From: Bilabrum cf. latius | Lineage: Eukaryota | Reading direction: 5' to 3' | DNA: 64,000 bases | NCBI GenBank assembly: GCA_965178125.1 | Contig: OZ237745.1 | Location: 682,001 to 746,000, forward strand | In this document: one piece after another, positions 23,810-36,574 of the stretch | Position numbering within the stretch: the stretch's first letter is position 1 | Layout: each line of letters begins with the position of its first letter | The notes under the pieces: generated by a model | Databases searched by the model: none | What the model was told of the DNA's origin: nothing | What the model saw: only the letters and a program-made list of their open reading frames with translations | Translations under genes and position numbers: made by a program

Positions 23810-26539
23810 ATGTTATCTCACCACTTCCCCCACATACTAGTATTCACCAGCATTGTTGCAGGGATTGCCTGTAACAATCCGCTGCCATGCCTGCAAGGCG
23901 GATCAAAGCTTGAGATGCAGGTAGACCATGCACAGGGCCTGTGGACGTTGTCGAATGGCTATGTTTGCATCGCTGGTGCTTGCGGTAAAATCGTATCATT
24001 GCAAGGGGCATATGGTGGAAATGGCCAGTGGGGACGGAACACACTAGCATAGGGTGGGGTGTCACTGCAAGCAGAGGACGATAGCGGGCACGTCTGCTCC
24101 TCCTCTAGCTTAGGCCCCGACGATCTCAACATTATGACTGTAGTCAATTCATCAAGTGTTGCATCCGTGCAAATCTCTGGCGTGTCTTGCGGAGGCAAGA
24201 GTACGGCGATGAATGAGACGTGGACAGTCTCCCTTTTAAGCAACTCTCGATCCATTCGGTTTGTGGCATCCGGCTCCACACCCACGTCGTCATCCACCGT
24301 ACGTGGCATTCGTCGCTAGTGGGAGATGCAGCCGTCTTCAATTTACGGTCTGTTTGGAGGGGGGGTGGCCCAAATGAAAGCAGCAGCGCCAGGCAAGGAT
24401 TTCTATCCGACTTCGGACTCTCCCGACAGAATCTACGCGCTCGGCGGGTCCGGAAGCGAGGCTGCTGCCGTGGGGAACATGTCGATAGACCTTATGTTTT
24501 CTGGAGATCCGTCTGTTCAGACGGTACTCATGAGTAGCAGCAGCGGGGCCCCGTACTGGTCGGGCGTGCAGCAGGTGCTGGCGGGAGGCCTGCCCGCTGC
24601 TGCCTTGGACACGTGGATGAAGGGCTGGCAGGGGGCTCCGGCCGTGCCGATTCCAAGCGGATTGAAGTGGTCTAGCACGGTAACGATTGGAGTCAACTCG
24701 TTGGATTTCCCAGTGCTCTCGCTGGCAGACCCCCAAGGCAGTGGTGCCGCTGGCCCGGCCGGCGAGGAGGCCGATGGGTCAGTCAGCACTGCCAGTGAGC
24801 TTCCTGCAGAGGACGTGCATGCGATGCTCATGGGCGTGTACGCCAGTCCAGTGGGGAACCTGGTTACCCACCGCAACGGCGTGGCGCCCAATGTGTCCGT
24901 TGGGCAGATTGCTACCACGATCGCCCGGCCTGATCGAGGCTACAGCAAGTGAGCAATGCGACAGTACAAGCAATCGAAGATGCCAGCCCAGCTTACTCGC
25001 ACCCCCTTCCACACCTACAGTATGCATCGCATCCATTCTGCGCACCGTCCTCGTACCCCACAGCACGTACAATTACTTTGACCCTGACAACTACCTGTCG
25101 ACAGCCGCGATGCTTGGCGCGGGCGACCCTTACCTACAGGAGGAGGTGCGCCGAGTGATCGAGAGGTCGGGCGAGTTCCTGCTCCCATCAGGGCAGCTGC
25201 CACACCATTTTGTCGGCACGAAGCCGGTCTACTAGGCGCTGTCCGGGGAAATCCAAACCGGGCCCAACGTGTTCTGGATCCTGAGCGGACTGAACTACGC
25301 GCAGAGCTCGCAGAACATGACCTGGCTGAGCGAGTACATGCCCAAGCTTCGCCTCGCCTCGGAGTTCCTCTTCGGCTTGATCGACCACAAGGTGGGCATG
25401 GCCACCGTGCCAGGCTCCCTCATGATCGATGTCTTCATTCGGAACAATTTTACTAGGTGAGCATCTGAGCAAGACCACGCGCGCAAACGTCTCAAGTTGC
25501 GCGCACGACGAGATTTTTCTTTTTGAACCATCTTTTCGCACTCAACCGCAGCGACACGAATGCCATGCTCGTGGGCTTCTTCCGAGAGTTTGCAGTCGCT
25601 GAGGAGTACCTGGGCAACTCGACCGGTGCCACCAAGCTGAGGCAGCTGGCCAGCACCATATCTGACTCGATGAACGAGCACCTGTGGGCACAAGCGAGCG
25701 CAGGTGCAGACCACTACGTAACGCAGTGGGATGGCCCCGTGCTGGGCACGACCCGGGATTTCGTTGACTACGATTCCAACCTGATCGCAGCTGCACACGG
25801 CGTCCCTTCCCAGGAGCGCATCCAAGCCATCTTCAAGCGGATCGATGGAGGCAGGTGCAGGCCCAGCCAGACCTTCGTCAGCGAGAAATGGTACGGTCCT
25901 GGCGACACAACCCACGGCAACACTGGAGACAGCTGGACGGCGATGGGCCGCATCGCCTGGTTCGAGAGCCTGGCAAGGAAGAACGCAAGGGACGTGCACG
26001 GCTTCAACGAGGTCCTCCTCAAGCCCCTGCAGAGGCAGCTCTTGACTCGCACGTGGATGCACGAGAGGCAGTACTGTGACGGCACGCAGCAGCTGAACCG
26101 CACGTATGCCTACTTCGAATATCCCTCCGTGGTGCAGATGCTACTCCGCCAGGTCAAGTACGGGATCCAGCAGGGCATCGGTACCTTCCGGGTGGACCCG
26201 CTCGGCCCTTCGGCATTCAACTACTCTGTAGGACAGCTGCACGTGCAGTATGGCCCCGAGCTGGTAGAGATTAGAGCACCGTCTCCCAATGAATCTGGGG
26301 CGCAACCCCTGAACGTGACCATCGCAGGGCTGCCTCCGCACACCACGTACCGGCTGTCGAGCAGTCCGGCGGGGGCAGTGCTAGGCCCTTGGGGCAGCAG
26401 GAGACCCCACGGGCACAAAGATGTGGCCAGACCTGGCTGCACCGTGAGTCCCGCGGTCGCTACGACCGATCAGGATGGCTTTCTGCATCTCAAGTCGCCG
26501 CTCGGCGTGAACTGTGTGACCAGTGCATCGGCAGAGTGA
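23810..26539 (+). CDS. Secreted putative six-hairpin glycosidase-like protein; introns 24949-25063, 25457-25551
   Basis: One frame through TAGs 24050, 24317, 25233 and two GT-AG introns. Aromatic/acidic motifs YNYFDPDNY, GQLPHHF, NVFWIL, DFVDYDSNL, WMHERQY, YFEYP. The function is inferred. Confidence 0.6.
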
Positions 26540-26683
26540 TCGAATGGTTGCGTGCTTCGTGACTCTGGGCGCGGTTGTTTGCGCGCCGTTTGTTATAGTG
26601 CTCAAAAGGTTGTGGCGGCTACAACAAGGTGTAGGTGCATCAAAATACTGCCTCTCAACCCCAGTCGCGCGCGAGCATTGATC

Positions 26684-26774
26684 CGTCCTTGGAGCAGAGC
26701 CCACTCCCCGATCCATGCACTGCCTGCGTCCTTGGAGCAGAGCCCACTCCCCGATCCATGCACTGCCTGCGTCC
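26684..26774. repeat. Perfect 43-bp tandem duplication between convergent genes
   Basis: cgtccttggagcagagcccactccccgatccatgcactgcctg at 26684-26726 and 26727-26769, plus 5 bp of a third copy. Confidence 0.95.
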
Positions 26775-26797
26775 ACCTCCTGACCTGCGCGGCGGCC

Positions 26798-29221
26798 TCA
26801 TGGCCCCGTCATCACCTCTCTGTCAAGCTCTGCCTGCAGCTCCAAGGAACCCTTGTTGTTCTCTGACACCCGCCGGATCTGCCCTCCGTACAGCCCCGAG
26901 AATGGCCCCGCCAGGCTATCCCGCATGCGGAGGGTGACGATTGCAACCGCCGACGAGCTGATCGCAAAGCCCAGAAGCATCAGCGACAGGAACAGCAGCG
27001 AGGCAATCCGAGCGTTGCGACGAATACTGCCCGAACTGCCCTTACTGCCCGCCGCATCTGTGCCTGGTCCTGCTGCCGCTGCCAGCGACACGAGCAGGCA
27101 AATCCCGAGGCAAAGCTCGAGCACCACAGCAAGAAGCAACCACTTCTCCCAGGACGCACCGCAGCAACCGCCCCGTCCGTACAGAGGCATGGCCACGGCG
27201 GTTTCCGACCGATTCTGCATTTCGGCATCGAGCGAGTCCTCGGTGCTGTGGCTAGGCGAGTATCTTGAACCGCCGTCAGATGGTGCTGGAGCGGATGCTC
27301 GCCCCTGCTATTGACTGCTGGTGCTGGTACTTCCGTCGCCACCTCCGCTCCCAGGCACAGTGTGCCTTACTCCGACCGGGGTGGGCGGCTGCGCCAGCTC
27401 CTCCCCGTCCTGCACCCCGTGAGCTGCAGCCAGTCGAGCTGCGATACCCCTTGGGCGATTCCCCTGCGATGGTATGGGAGGGGGTCGCACCTCTGGTGAT
27501 GCAGCAGGGTCTACGGGAGACACAGCAGAGGTGCCATGCTTGGAGGCACCGTGACCCATAGATGCCCGTGGCAATTCCGGTGGCATGACGGCGGTCGGAA
27601 GATCGGTGGAGGCCAGTGCCTACTGTCTCCTGGACGACACGCCCATCGCCCTGCCTGAATTTACGGCGCTGCCGCTGCTGTACGAAGGGTCATAGGATTG
27701 GGCCCCGCTCCCGCTCCCACTCCCGCCATCGTCGTCCAGGCCTCTTCGGCCAGCCCCTGCGGCGTGCACGTTCCCATCGTCCTCCCTCGCCTCGCTGCCC
27801 CAGGCCGTCGCAGTGGACCCGATGGGAGGTGATCGTGACACTACTCTGCCGGCGCTGGGTCCCGAACCCAGGACAGTCGTTCGATTGTGGACCTCCTGCT
27901 GCACCTGCCTCCTCACCCTGATCTTCTCCCGAATGAAGGGGTTATATCTCGGTAACACCGCGGCGGGGTCCTGCTTCTCCTCTGAATTCATCCAATCCGG
28001 GGTACAGCAGCCGCATGCGGCCATCCAAGCACCGGCGCAGGCGTACATGGCGGGCGGCAAGCAGCACAGCGACAGGACGCACACGAGGGGCGCCAGAGCC
28101 CCTCCCAGCACGAGGTCGCCGTGGTCCAGCCACGACCCGACCAGCGCTACCGTCAGCAGCAGAAGCGTGAGCACCAAGCACACGAGGCAGCCGCACAGCT
28201 TCGTCGCGTTGGTCCACTGGCAGTAGCACAGGCTAGACACCGTCATATGCACTGTGCCGATCCCGGCCACCAAGTACATGGGCATCAGGGCCGCGCCCCA
28301 CGACATAACGTCATCACCCGATCCACCGGTGGACGCAGCGTCTTCTACCTGCAGCGCCCTGAGGTACAGCAGCAGCGGCTGCGCGACGAGCAGCAGCATA
28401 ATCTGCACCAGCGCCAGCACGGCTGTCAGGCCCTGCGGCAAGGCGGGGTGCGGGTCCAGCACCGCATACCTGGCGCATGCCCCGCACAGAGTGAGGTCAT
28501 CTGCGGCCGCGTGCCAGGCAAAGATGGAGGATGGTGCCGCTCTGCAGCACCCGCAGCATCCGGTGGATGCCCCTGTCCACGTGGACGAACGCCGGATCGA
28601 GTCGGTCCCCAGGGCCTCGACGCCGCCCTGGGGGTGCCTCTCCCCTAGGTACGTCTGCATGCTCGCAGAGATCTGCTGGTATGGATCCATGCCACCTGTG
28701 CGCTCCGCGATTGCGGATGGCTACCCAATTCGAGCGTATCTCTGCCGGTACCTCTCGGGTGCCTGCGACAGGAGATCGTTTAGACCTGCCGGAACCGGCC
28801 GTTCTGGGTCGTCCTCCCCGTGCATGACGCGTAGAAGAGCGGTCGACAGCGGACGACACAACTAGAAACATATTGCTACGCTAAGCGAAAGCAGCCAGGC
28901 GCCACACGCAGCGATTAAAGGCAGGTAGATCCACTGCACGCTGATTCCGTCGTCGTCGTCGATCTCTCGTGCAAGCAAGGCTAACGAACTTATAACAAGC
29001 AGAAAAGGAGCCCCAATTTGGGCGACATCATAATGCAGTATATCTAAAGTTATTCTCAAGCACCCATGCTAGCTACAGATGCCCTGTCGTTCTTGTTGCT
29101 AGCAGGCCACATACGTCTCTGGGGCAGTATCATCGTCTGTACCGCTGCAACCAACCAGCGGCTCTTGATCACCTGATGCCTACAGACTTATAGAAGGATT
29201 ATCTGGGATTGTTGACCCCAT
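26798..29221 (-). CDS. Multi-pass membrane protein, possibly TMEM185/Fragile-X-F-like
   Basis: 808 codons from ATG29221 to TGA26798 with 7 TAGs and no other stop. Repeated helix-DD-x-SW-xx-LP motifs (ISVQWIYLPL, DDVMSWGAALMPMY) and Cys-rich linkers. Confidence 0.6.
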
Positions 29222-29376
29222 ACGGGTCCCAGGATTGTGACAGTGGCACGCTCAAGTTTGCTTCGTTTGCTTGTACTTGCGAACGTTCCTTGAGTAGCCA
29301 GGATGGTTCGCTCGAATCGCTCCTTGCCGGCCTGCTTCCAAGCATGCCATACAGAGCAGTTTGCGTCAAACCAAGC

Positions 29377-31212
29377 ATGAAAACGCTGCTTTCCCTAGCT
29401 TTGCTTGCAGTTGCTGCCCAAGCTAATTCCGTGTGCCTTGCTTGCGACCTTGTGATTGGCTTGCTGGCTCAAGGAATGCCCTCTATCATTAAGGATATCC
29501 CTGACCCTGATTCTCTGTGTAAAGATCTGTCTCTGTGCGACGGAACCTGCCCGTTTTGGTCCGCAGCAGGGTGGCCAGTAGATTCACCCTAGTTTCCTAC
29601 GAACGGCAAGGCGATTGACGATCTTCATGACGGGCGAGCCTACGGGAACGACTCGCTCAGGCTGCCGGCGAAACTTTCTCCGACCGAATTTGGAAGCGTA
29701 GTTGGGGCTGTACGTGACTACATGACTAAGATTGAGCTGTCAGCTACCAGTGACGAAGGGGTGCCTTCCTTCCAGCAGCTGTTCGCGATGGTTCTTGGAG
29801 GCTTGCAAGCGGCCGAGGCCGCGCGCACCAAGACCGACCTCTCCAGCGAAGCAATCGCAACGCCGGACCTCATGCACATTGCACGCAAGCTTCACGAGGA
29901 GGCTGTGGCAGCTGGTGGGGCCAAGGCACTCGTCGGGACGGTGGGCGAGTTCCCGTGCGGCGACCTGCTCAACTTCACCTGCGTGGCTCATCGGTTTGGC
30001 GACATGCACCTCCCGCTGTTCGATCAGGATGACGACTACTATGCAGGGAATTACAGCTGGATCATCGGCTCCAAACTGCGCGGCGCTGCGTGGCGCGGGG
30101 GCGACTGCAACGACACCAACGCTGCAGTGTATCCCGGTCGCAAGGTCGGCTCTGCTGGCGATGCCCTCTTTGATTCTAACTGCAACGGCATCTCCGGGCG
30201 TCCCTCCGCCAGCGAGCCGACGTACGAGGAGCAGTTCTGCAGCGGGGACAACGCCCCCATGGGCCTCGCGATCCTGGGCGACTCCGCCACGGCTCACTTC
30301 AGCATCCCGGCTCAGTACGTCAACGCAGGCAACTTCAGCCTCGAGGGCGTCGTGGAGGCCGCTTCCAACGAGCTGGATTGGCCTCAGTGCAGCTGGGGCA
30401 CGGGGGTTCGGGACACGGAGGGCTGCCCCGTGGCTGACGTGCCTATGGCCAGCTTGTACCAGCGCTGGGCGGACAGGAACCTCTGCGCTCACAGGGACTA
30501 CCAGAACATTGGCGTGAACGGGGCGCGGGTGTCGTCTGTGGCTACGACCCTCGCAAAGGTGCTGAAGCGGTCCAAGGCCACGGATACGCCCATGCTGGTG
30601 GTACATTCCCTGATCGGCAACGACGTGTGCAACGGGCACCCCGGCTTTTCCCACATGACCACCCCCGCCGAGTTTGAGGCATCCGTGCTGTCAACTCTGG
30701 ACCAGCTGGACGCCAAGCTTCCCAACGGGTCCCACGTCGCCTTCATCGGGCTCGTTGACGGCAGGGTCCTTTGGGACACCATGCACGAGCAGACGCACCC
30801 GACCGGCGTGCCGTACCCCGTGCTATATGAGGCCCTGACCTGCAACGGTGCGAACCCCTGCTGGGGCTGGCTCAACACCAACGAGACGGACCGCAACCTG
30901 ACGAGTGCCCGGGCAGCCAACCTGACGGCGGTCTACGACAAGATCATGCAGCAGCACAGCTACAAGTCCTTCGACATGTTCCGGCTCAAGGTGGACTGGC
31001 CCCAGCTGGTGCAGCAGTGGGAGAGCATGGGCCGCCCTGGCAAGGACCTGATCGAGCCCGTGGACGGCTTCCACCCGTCCCAGACCGGCAATCAGTTGCT
31101 GGCCAAGCTGCTGTGGGAGGAGCTCGAGCAGCAGAAGCCGGGATGGCTGCCGAGCGTGAACCCGAACAATGCCAAGATCAAGGCTCTGTTCGGGGATCAG
31201 GGCGGGTTCTAA
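29377..31212 (+). CDS. AOAH: Acyloxyacyl hydrolase (saposin-like N-terminus plus SGNH lipase)
   Basis: Signal peptide, CxxC saposin-like start, LRGAAWRGGDCND, DSNCNGI, GDSATAHF, HRDYQNIGVNGAR, IGNDVCNGH, IEPVDGFHPSQ. One TAG (29590). Ends TAA. Confidence 0.9.
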
Positions 31213-31533
31213 TGTTGAGCATAGGCCTGCGCATGCTCTCGTGGCCCGGTGCTTTGTGACATGTCACGTCGAGCCTTGTTTGATTGCGATGCTCGGCGGC
31301 CCTTCGGCTGCTTCTTTGATGTGCCCGGTACCGTTCTGTGACGTTAATTGATTCCATCAAGAAGGTATTTACTTGTGGAGTGCTGATCAATAGTCACGTT
31401 GCTCTTTTTTTACACCTCATCACGCAGAAGGAACTGCCAGCGGAAGAACCTTGGGAACCGCCCAAGTGCAACTCGTCACTGCATCTCCATACCACGGATA
31501 GGGTCTAAGCATCGCCCTACCACTGTGTCAGCC

Positions 31534-33877
31534 ATGCGACCAGTCATGTTTTGTGCCCTAATAGCTGCTGCTGCGGCAAAAACTCCGGCTTGCGGCCTCG
31601 TACCAGGCGCGGATTGGACGTGCGATCCAGCTGTTGACAATGCCTGGCCGAAAGGCGCAGGCGTTTTAAATATCAAGTATCCCCCTTTCAATGCAGTCGG
31701 GGATGGAAAACACGACGATACTGCTGCATTCTAGGCAGCAGTACTCAACAGCACCCTAATGCAGTCCATATACGTGCCGGAAGGTACGTATCTTGTTTCC
31801 AAGCCGATCCTTTGCAAGAACTGGCACTCCGAACTAGCCAAAGGGATCGTGATACAGGGCTAGAGTCCCACGAAATCTATTATCCGACTTGCGGACGAGT
31901 CGGCCGCGTTTCAGAACGCCACCAACATCACCGGCATGTTTGTTTTTGGTCAGGCCCCAGCGCAGAATTTCGCCAAGTGAGTGCGGAAACTGCTTTGGAT
32001 GATCCTTGTCATTGCTCTACATCGCAGCTTGTCCGGTACTGTATCATGTGGCCCCCTACCGCAGTCTAGTGGAGTCCATTACAATTTCGACCGGCAGCCG
32101 GAATCCCGGGGCAGCTGCTCTGCAATTCAACGCAAACAACGAGGGCGGTGTATTCAATGTCACGCTGCAAAGCGAAGATAGCAGCGCTGCGGTGGGGCTG
32201 GATATGGGCTTCTGCGGCGAGATTGGGCCACTCATGGTGCAGTACCTGACCGTCATGGGCTTTGGTGTCGGAGTACGAACCGTGCACGGGCCCGACAGCA
32301 TCACGCTTGAGCACATCGCGGTCTACAACGCGAGCACCGCAGGGCTCTTGCAGTACGAGCAGGACGTATTCGTGAGAGATCTAGCTGTGGCCCAGGAGAT
32401 CGACGGCGTGCCCGCTGTCGAGCTGCAGGCAGACTGCCACCACGGGACCCAGCTCACGATCGTCGACTCGACTCTCACGTACCTCCCTGCACTGAGGGCG
32501 GGATCTATGATGCTCTCTGCCCCGTCGAGCAAAGGTGCCATTAGCAGTGCCCCCGCCATTTCCCTAGAAAACTCCGGCATGTTTGCTCGCAACATTACAA
32601 CGACCGGGTTCAACGCCTCCGTGGACAACAACGGCTCGTTCCCTCTCCCAGGGAACACCATCCAGGAGTACAGCACCAATGGCGTGGCACGACCCTTCAA
32701 CGACTCCCCCTCGCACTCCCTTGATTTGCCGATCAGGGAGCCCCCATGGGTGCAGCTGCCACCGACCTCGAGCTCTGACTGGGCCTCTCTGGTGGGGGCA
32801 CAACCCCTCTACACGCGTGCATCGTGTCCGCAGCCATGGTCTGCAGCCGCTGCCAGGACAAATGATGCTTCAGTCTAGCGGGCCCTGAGGTCGCTTGGGC
32901 TGCTCGGAATTGGTGGACAACCCCGTGACAGCCTCGTGTTCGACACAGCGTGCACGCCGGTGGCGGTGTGGGACGGGTCAGCCGGCCGTGCCGTCCCACT
33001 TCCTGGACTGGCACCTCCTCATCTTCGTGACAACTCGTGTGTGTGTGGCAGTAAGGGCGAGTGCTACGATGAAATGGCCCAGGCTGCGTCCAGCGGAGCC
33101 GCCGTTCTGTACGTGCCTGCCTGCAACGACGGCTGGCCTGTGGGCCTCAAGAATGCGAGCAACCCACCGGTGGTTCCGCTCGGCGACCACGTGACTCACA
33201 TTATCGGTGCTGGCAGCCGCATAGACGGCTATGCCATCTTCGATTCGGCCGGGAAGACTAGCGTCCCACTCACGGTGATGCGGCTCAAGACTGCAGTTTA
33301 CGGTAACGGGCTGATCACGGTCCGTCAGTCGAGCGAATCGCGGCCAATTCTCTTCCGCTCCATCCAAGGGCTTAGCCTCGCGTACGGAGCAGGCACGGGG
33401 GCACATTTGGGCGCTTCTCAGAAGTTCGGGCCAGTGTACTCTGTAGACACGGTCGGGCATCCGTTCGTAGTTCCGAAAGGGGCGGAGGTGTGGTCGAGGC
33501 AGCTGAACCTAGAGGACAAAACCACGGATATCGTGGTGCAGGGCGGCCGCATGTGGGTTCTGGGCCTCAAGACAGAGAAAGGCAACAGCGGCATCGCGAA
33601 CGTGACGGCTGCGGGTGAGTTGGAGCTCCTCGGGGTGTTCTCGTACGCCACTTCAGGGCCTTACTACGACGTGCCCGTCTTCCACGCGAACGAAAGCGGG
33701 AGGCTCAGCGCGTCGTGGGGTTCTGACTGTTTCCGCTCGGGAGACGATCGGTTCCAGGTGTTCCTGCGCGAGGAGCGCGGACACTAGGCCGAGGCGGTGG
33801 TGTACGGGAACCCTGGCATATTCGGCCGTTCTGGGAACGCTGGATTCACGCTGGGGACCATGGGTACGGGTTGGTGA
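31534..33877 (+). CDS. Secreted pectate-lyase-3/GH55-like beta-helix protein; intron 31977-32064
   Basis: Signal peptide, FNAVGDGKHDDTAAF*AA, IYVPEGTYLVS, IQG*SPTKSIIRLAD, NPGAAALQFNANNEG, WSRQLNLE, WVLGLKTE. TAGs at 31732, 31861, 32876, 33785. Confidence 0.8.
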
Positions 33878-34028
33878 TGAATGGTAATGGAGAAAGCAGT
33901 TGTGCAGGGGTTTGTGCAGACAAAAAGTTGCGCATCTTCTCGCGGCGCTGGAGCCCTCGAGTCTTCTTCATTTTTCGTTCGCTGAGAAGACTCTTTGGAT
34001 CGAACGCATAAACGACCGACCATCTGGT

Positions 34029-36503
34029 ATGTCCATCTATCTTAGGGCGCAGCTTGATCAAAATGTATTGAAAGGCTATTGGTGGATTGATGGGGCACCT
34101 CAGAACCAGTACAAGATGTACGCCCGAAGGGTTAACGATGCCGTCGCGGTTGAAGAGAAGTTCGAAGAGCTCAAATCACTCAAGTACTCGGTCCTTGGGA
34201 AGAAACTGGAGCAGGCCGAGGATAGTACTAAATTACGTGGTATTCCAGACGTCAAAGTCTGGCAATAGTTTCTTGTTCGCAAGCCTTTCGTTGTGGACAA
34301 GGCCGGCCTTGAAGCAATAGGACGATCCGATTCGATAGCAGGGCAAGTCAAAGAGCCTGCGACTTCAAACAGTGCTGTTCCTGCTATAGCGTAGGATGGC
34401 GTTCCGGATGGCTGCCTGCGACTTCCGTACCGTAGCTTGTGGAGAGGCTCGTTTGAGATGCCTAGCGGTGAAATCGTGGCTGGTGAAGAAATGTGCTTGA
34501 CGCTGACTCCATCAGCACCCAGCTTGCCAGCCCCAGCGCTTCCTGTTGCTCCTGATAGCTCGTAGCAGCAGAGCAGCTTGGAGGATGGAGCGAAGCACCC
34601 AGCCGCTTTGTCGTCAAGTTCGGCTGCTGCTGACGGGTCGCAGCCAGCATCAAGCAGCGCACTACCGGCATCCAGTTCTGCTTCAAGCTCAGGTAATTCC
34701 TCTTAGCAAGCTCCAATGGCGCCGAATCCCGCTGCTGTCGCACCAGAGCCTGCAGCAGCTAACCCCGACGCTGCCCCCGCCCCCGCCCCTGCCAGTGCCA
34801 GTGATACCTCGGGCCAGGCACCGCTTGGTGGCAATGCACCTAGCTCATCAGGGCTGCCCACCGCACCGGTCCATACGACAGGCCCAGTCACCTCGATCAC
34901 TCGTCTCAAGGTCCTGGGGGAGGGCACCAACCGGCTTGGGCGCTTCACCCTGACGGGGACCTACGACGTGTCCACGGGACTGATCGTCAGTGAGAAGGCG
35001 TACCACGCGATACCCACGTCCTCCCCATCAGGCGGAGGTGCGGGTGCCTCGAGATCCTCGCGGAAGAGGAAGAGGACGGACAGCAGGAAGAAAGCAGCTG
35101 CAACAGCAGGGACATCGCACGGCTCTTCGAAGAGTTCACCCGCTGCCGGTGCATCCTCCTCGTCCTCCTCCTCGTCCTCTTCTTCTTCCTCCAGCAAGGG
35201 CAAATCGAGCTCTGCCGGCTCGTCTTCGGTCGCAGCACACTCCGAGGGCTCTGTGACTGGCCCGGCCCTCAGTGGACCTGCGGTTGCCCGCGCGAGGCTA
35301 GCTGCCGTGGACGGTACCTTTGGGCCGGATGGGCAGCCGATGCCCAAGCAGAGGCGCGTGGAATCCATGGCTCATATGTTTGGCATCGCACCGCCGCTGC
35401 CTGGCACGCCTGCGGCTGCTGCTGCACAGCAGGCAGCGATGGAGGCGGCCCAGCAGGCTGGCAGTGCAGCGAGCGCTGGGTCCAGCAGCAAGCGGAAGGG
35501 GTCGATGAAGGGCGGATCGAACGCTTCATCCGTGGCGTGGGTGTCTCATGGTGCAGCGTTCAGCGCTGGTGCTGGCTCTGGGGCGGCATCAGGCGCAGGC
35601 ACAGGAGCCGGTACGGGCGCAGGCGTGGGTGCGGGTGCGAGGGGTAAGGGTCCGCGGTCTTGGCTGGAGGAAGGCATCGGTATTCTTGCCAGGGGGGGTG
35701 TGCAGATAGGCGGCGCTGTCGGTGCGGAGTGGTGTGAGGCGCACAGGTTGCTTGGCGAGGCAGGTCCTCTGGCAGGTGACCTGTACGAGGGCGAGATCAA
35801 GGACGGGCAGCCGCACGGGGTGGGTACCGTCGTGTACCGCAATGGGTTCATGTACGAAGGCATGTTCCAGCTGGGTCTCGAGTCTGGTTATGGTGTGATC
35901 AGTGACGAGCACGACCAGATCATGTATGAGGGCACGGTGACTGACGGCGTACTGCACGGCAAGGGCAGGCTGACCCTTCAGAATGGAGACCAGTACACCG
36001 GCGGGTGGAAGGACGGGCTCTTCCACGGCAAGGGCACCTACGTCGCTCGCCTAGGAGGCAAATACGAGGGCAACTGGAAGGATGGAGTGCGCGAGGGTGC
36101 GGGAGATATGCAGTATCCTGACGGCAGCGAATATTCTGGGCTGTGGAAGGACGGTCGACGCAGCGGTAAGGGCGCCTTCCGTCATCCGAACGGGTTCTCG
36201 TACTTTGGCCAGTGGAACGACGACGCGATGGATGGCAACGGCAGGGCGGTGTACCCTGACGGCAGCACCTACGAGGGGCAGTTTAGGGCCGGGAAGAGGG
36301 AGGGCAGGGGCAGGTACGAGTTCGCGAATGGGATGGAACTGAACGGGCGCTGGAAGGAAGACGGGCTGCAGGGGTCCGGTGGGACGGTGTCGATGCACAA
36401 GACAGTCAAGGTGAATGATGACTGCAGCATGATCCCCATCAACATCAGCACGGACCTGGAGAGGGTTCACCTGCGGGCTGGCTTCAACAAGTCGGGCAGC
36501 TGA
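34029..36503 (+). CDS. MORN-repeat protein
   Basis: About 9 YEGxWKDGxxHGxG repeats at the C-terminus. The frame extends to ATG34029 through 4 TAGs, two of them followed by CAG/CAA. Confidence 0.85.
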
Positions 36504-36574
36504 CCAGATTGCTCCAGCCTAGGGCCATGTGGATGTAGGAACATTTAATAAAAGCATCATTCTGCAAAGCTCAA

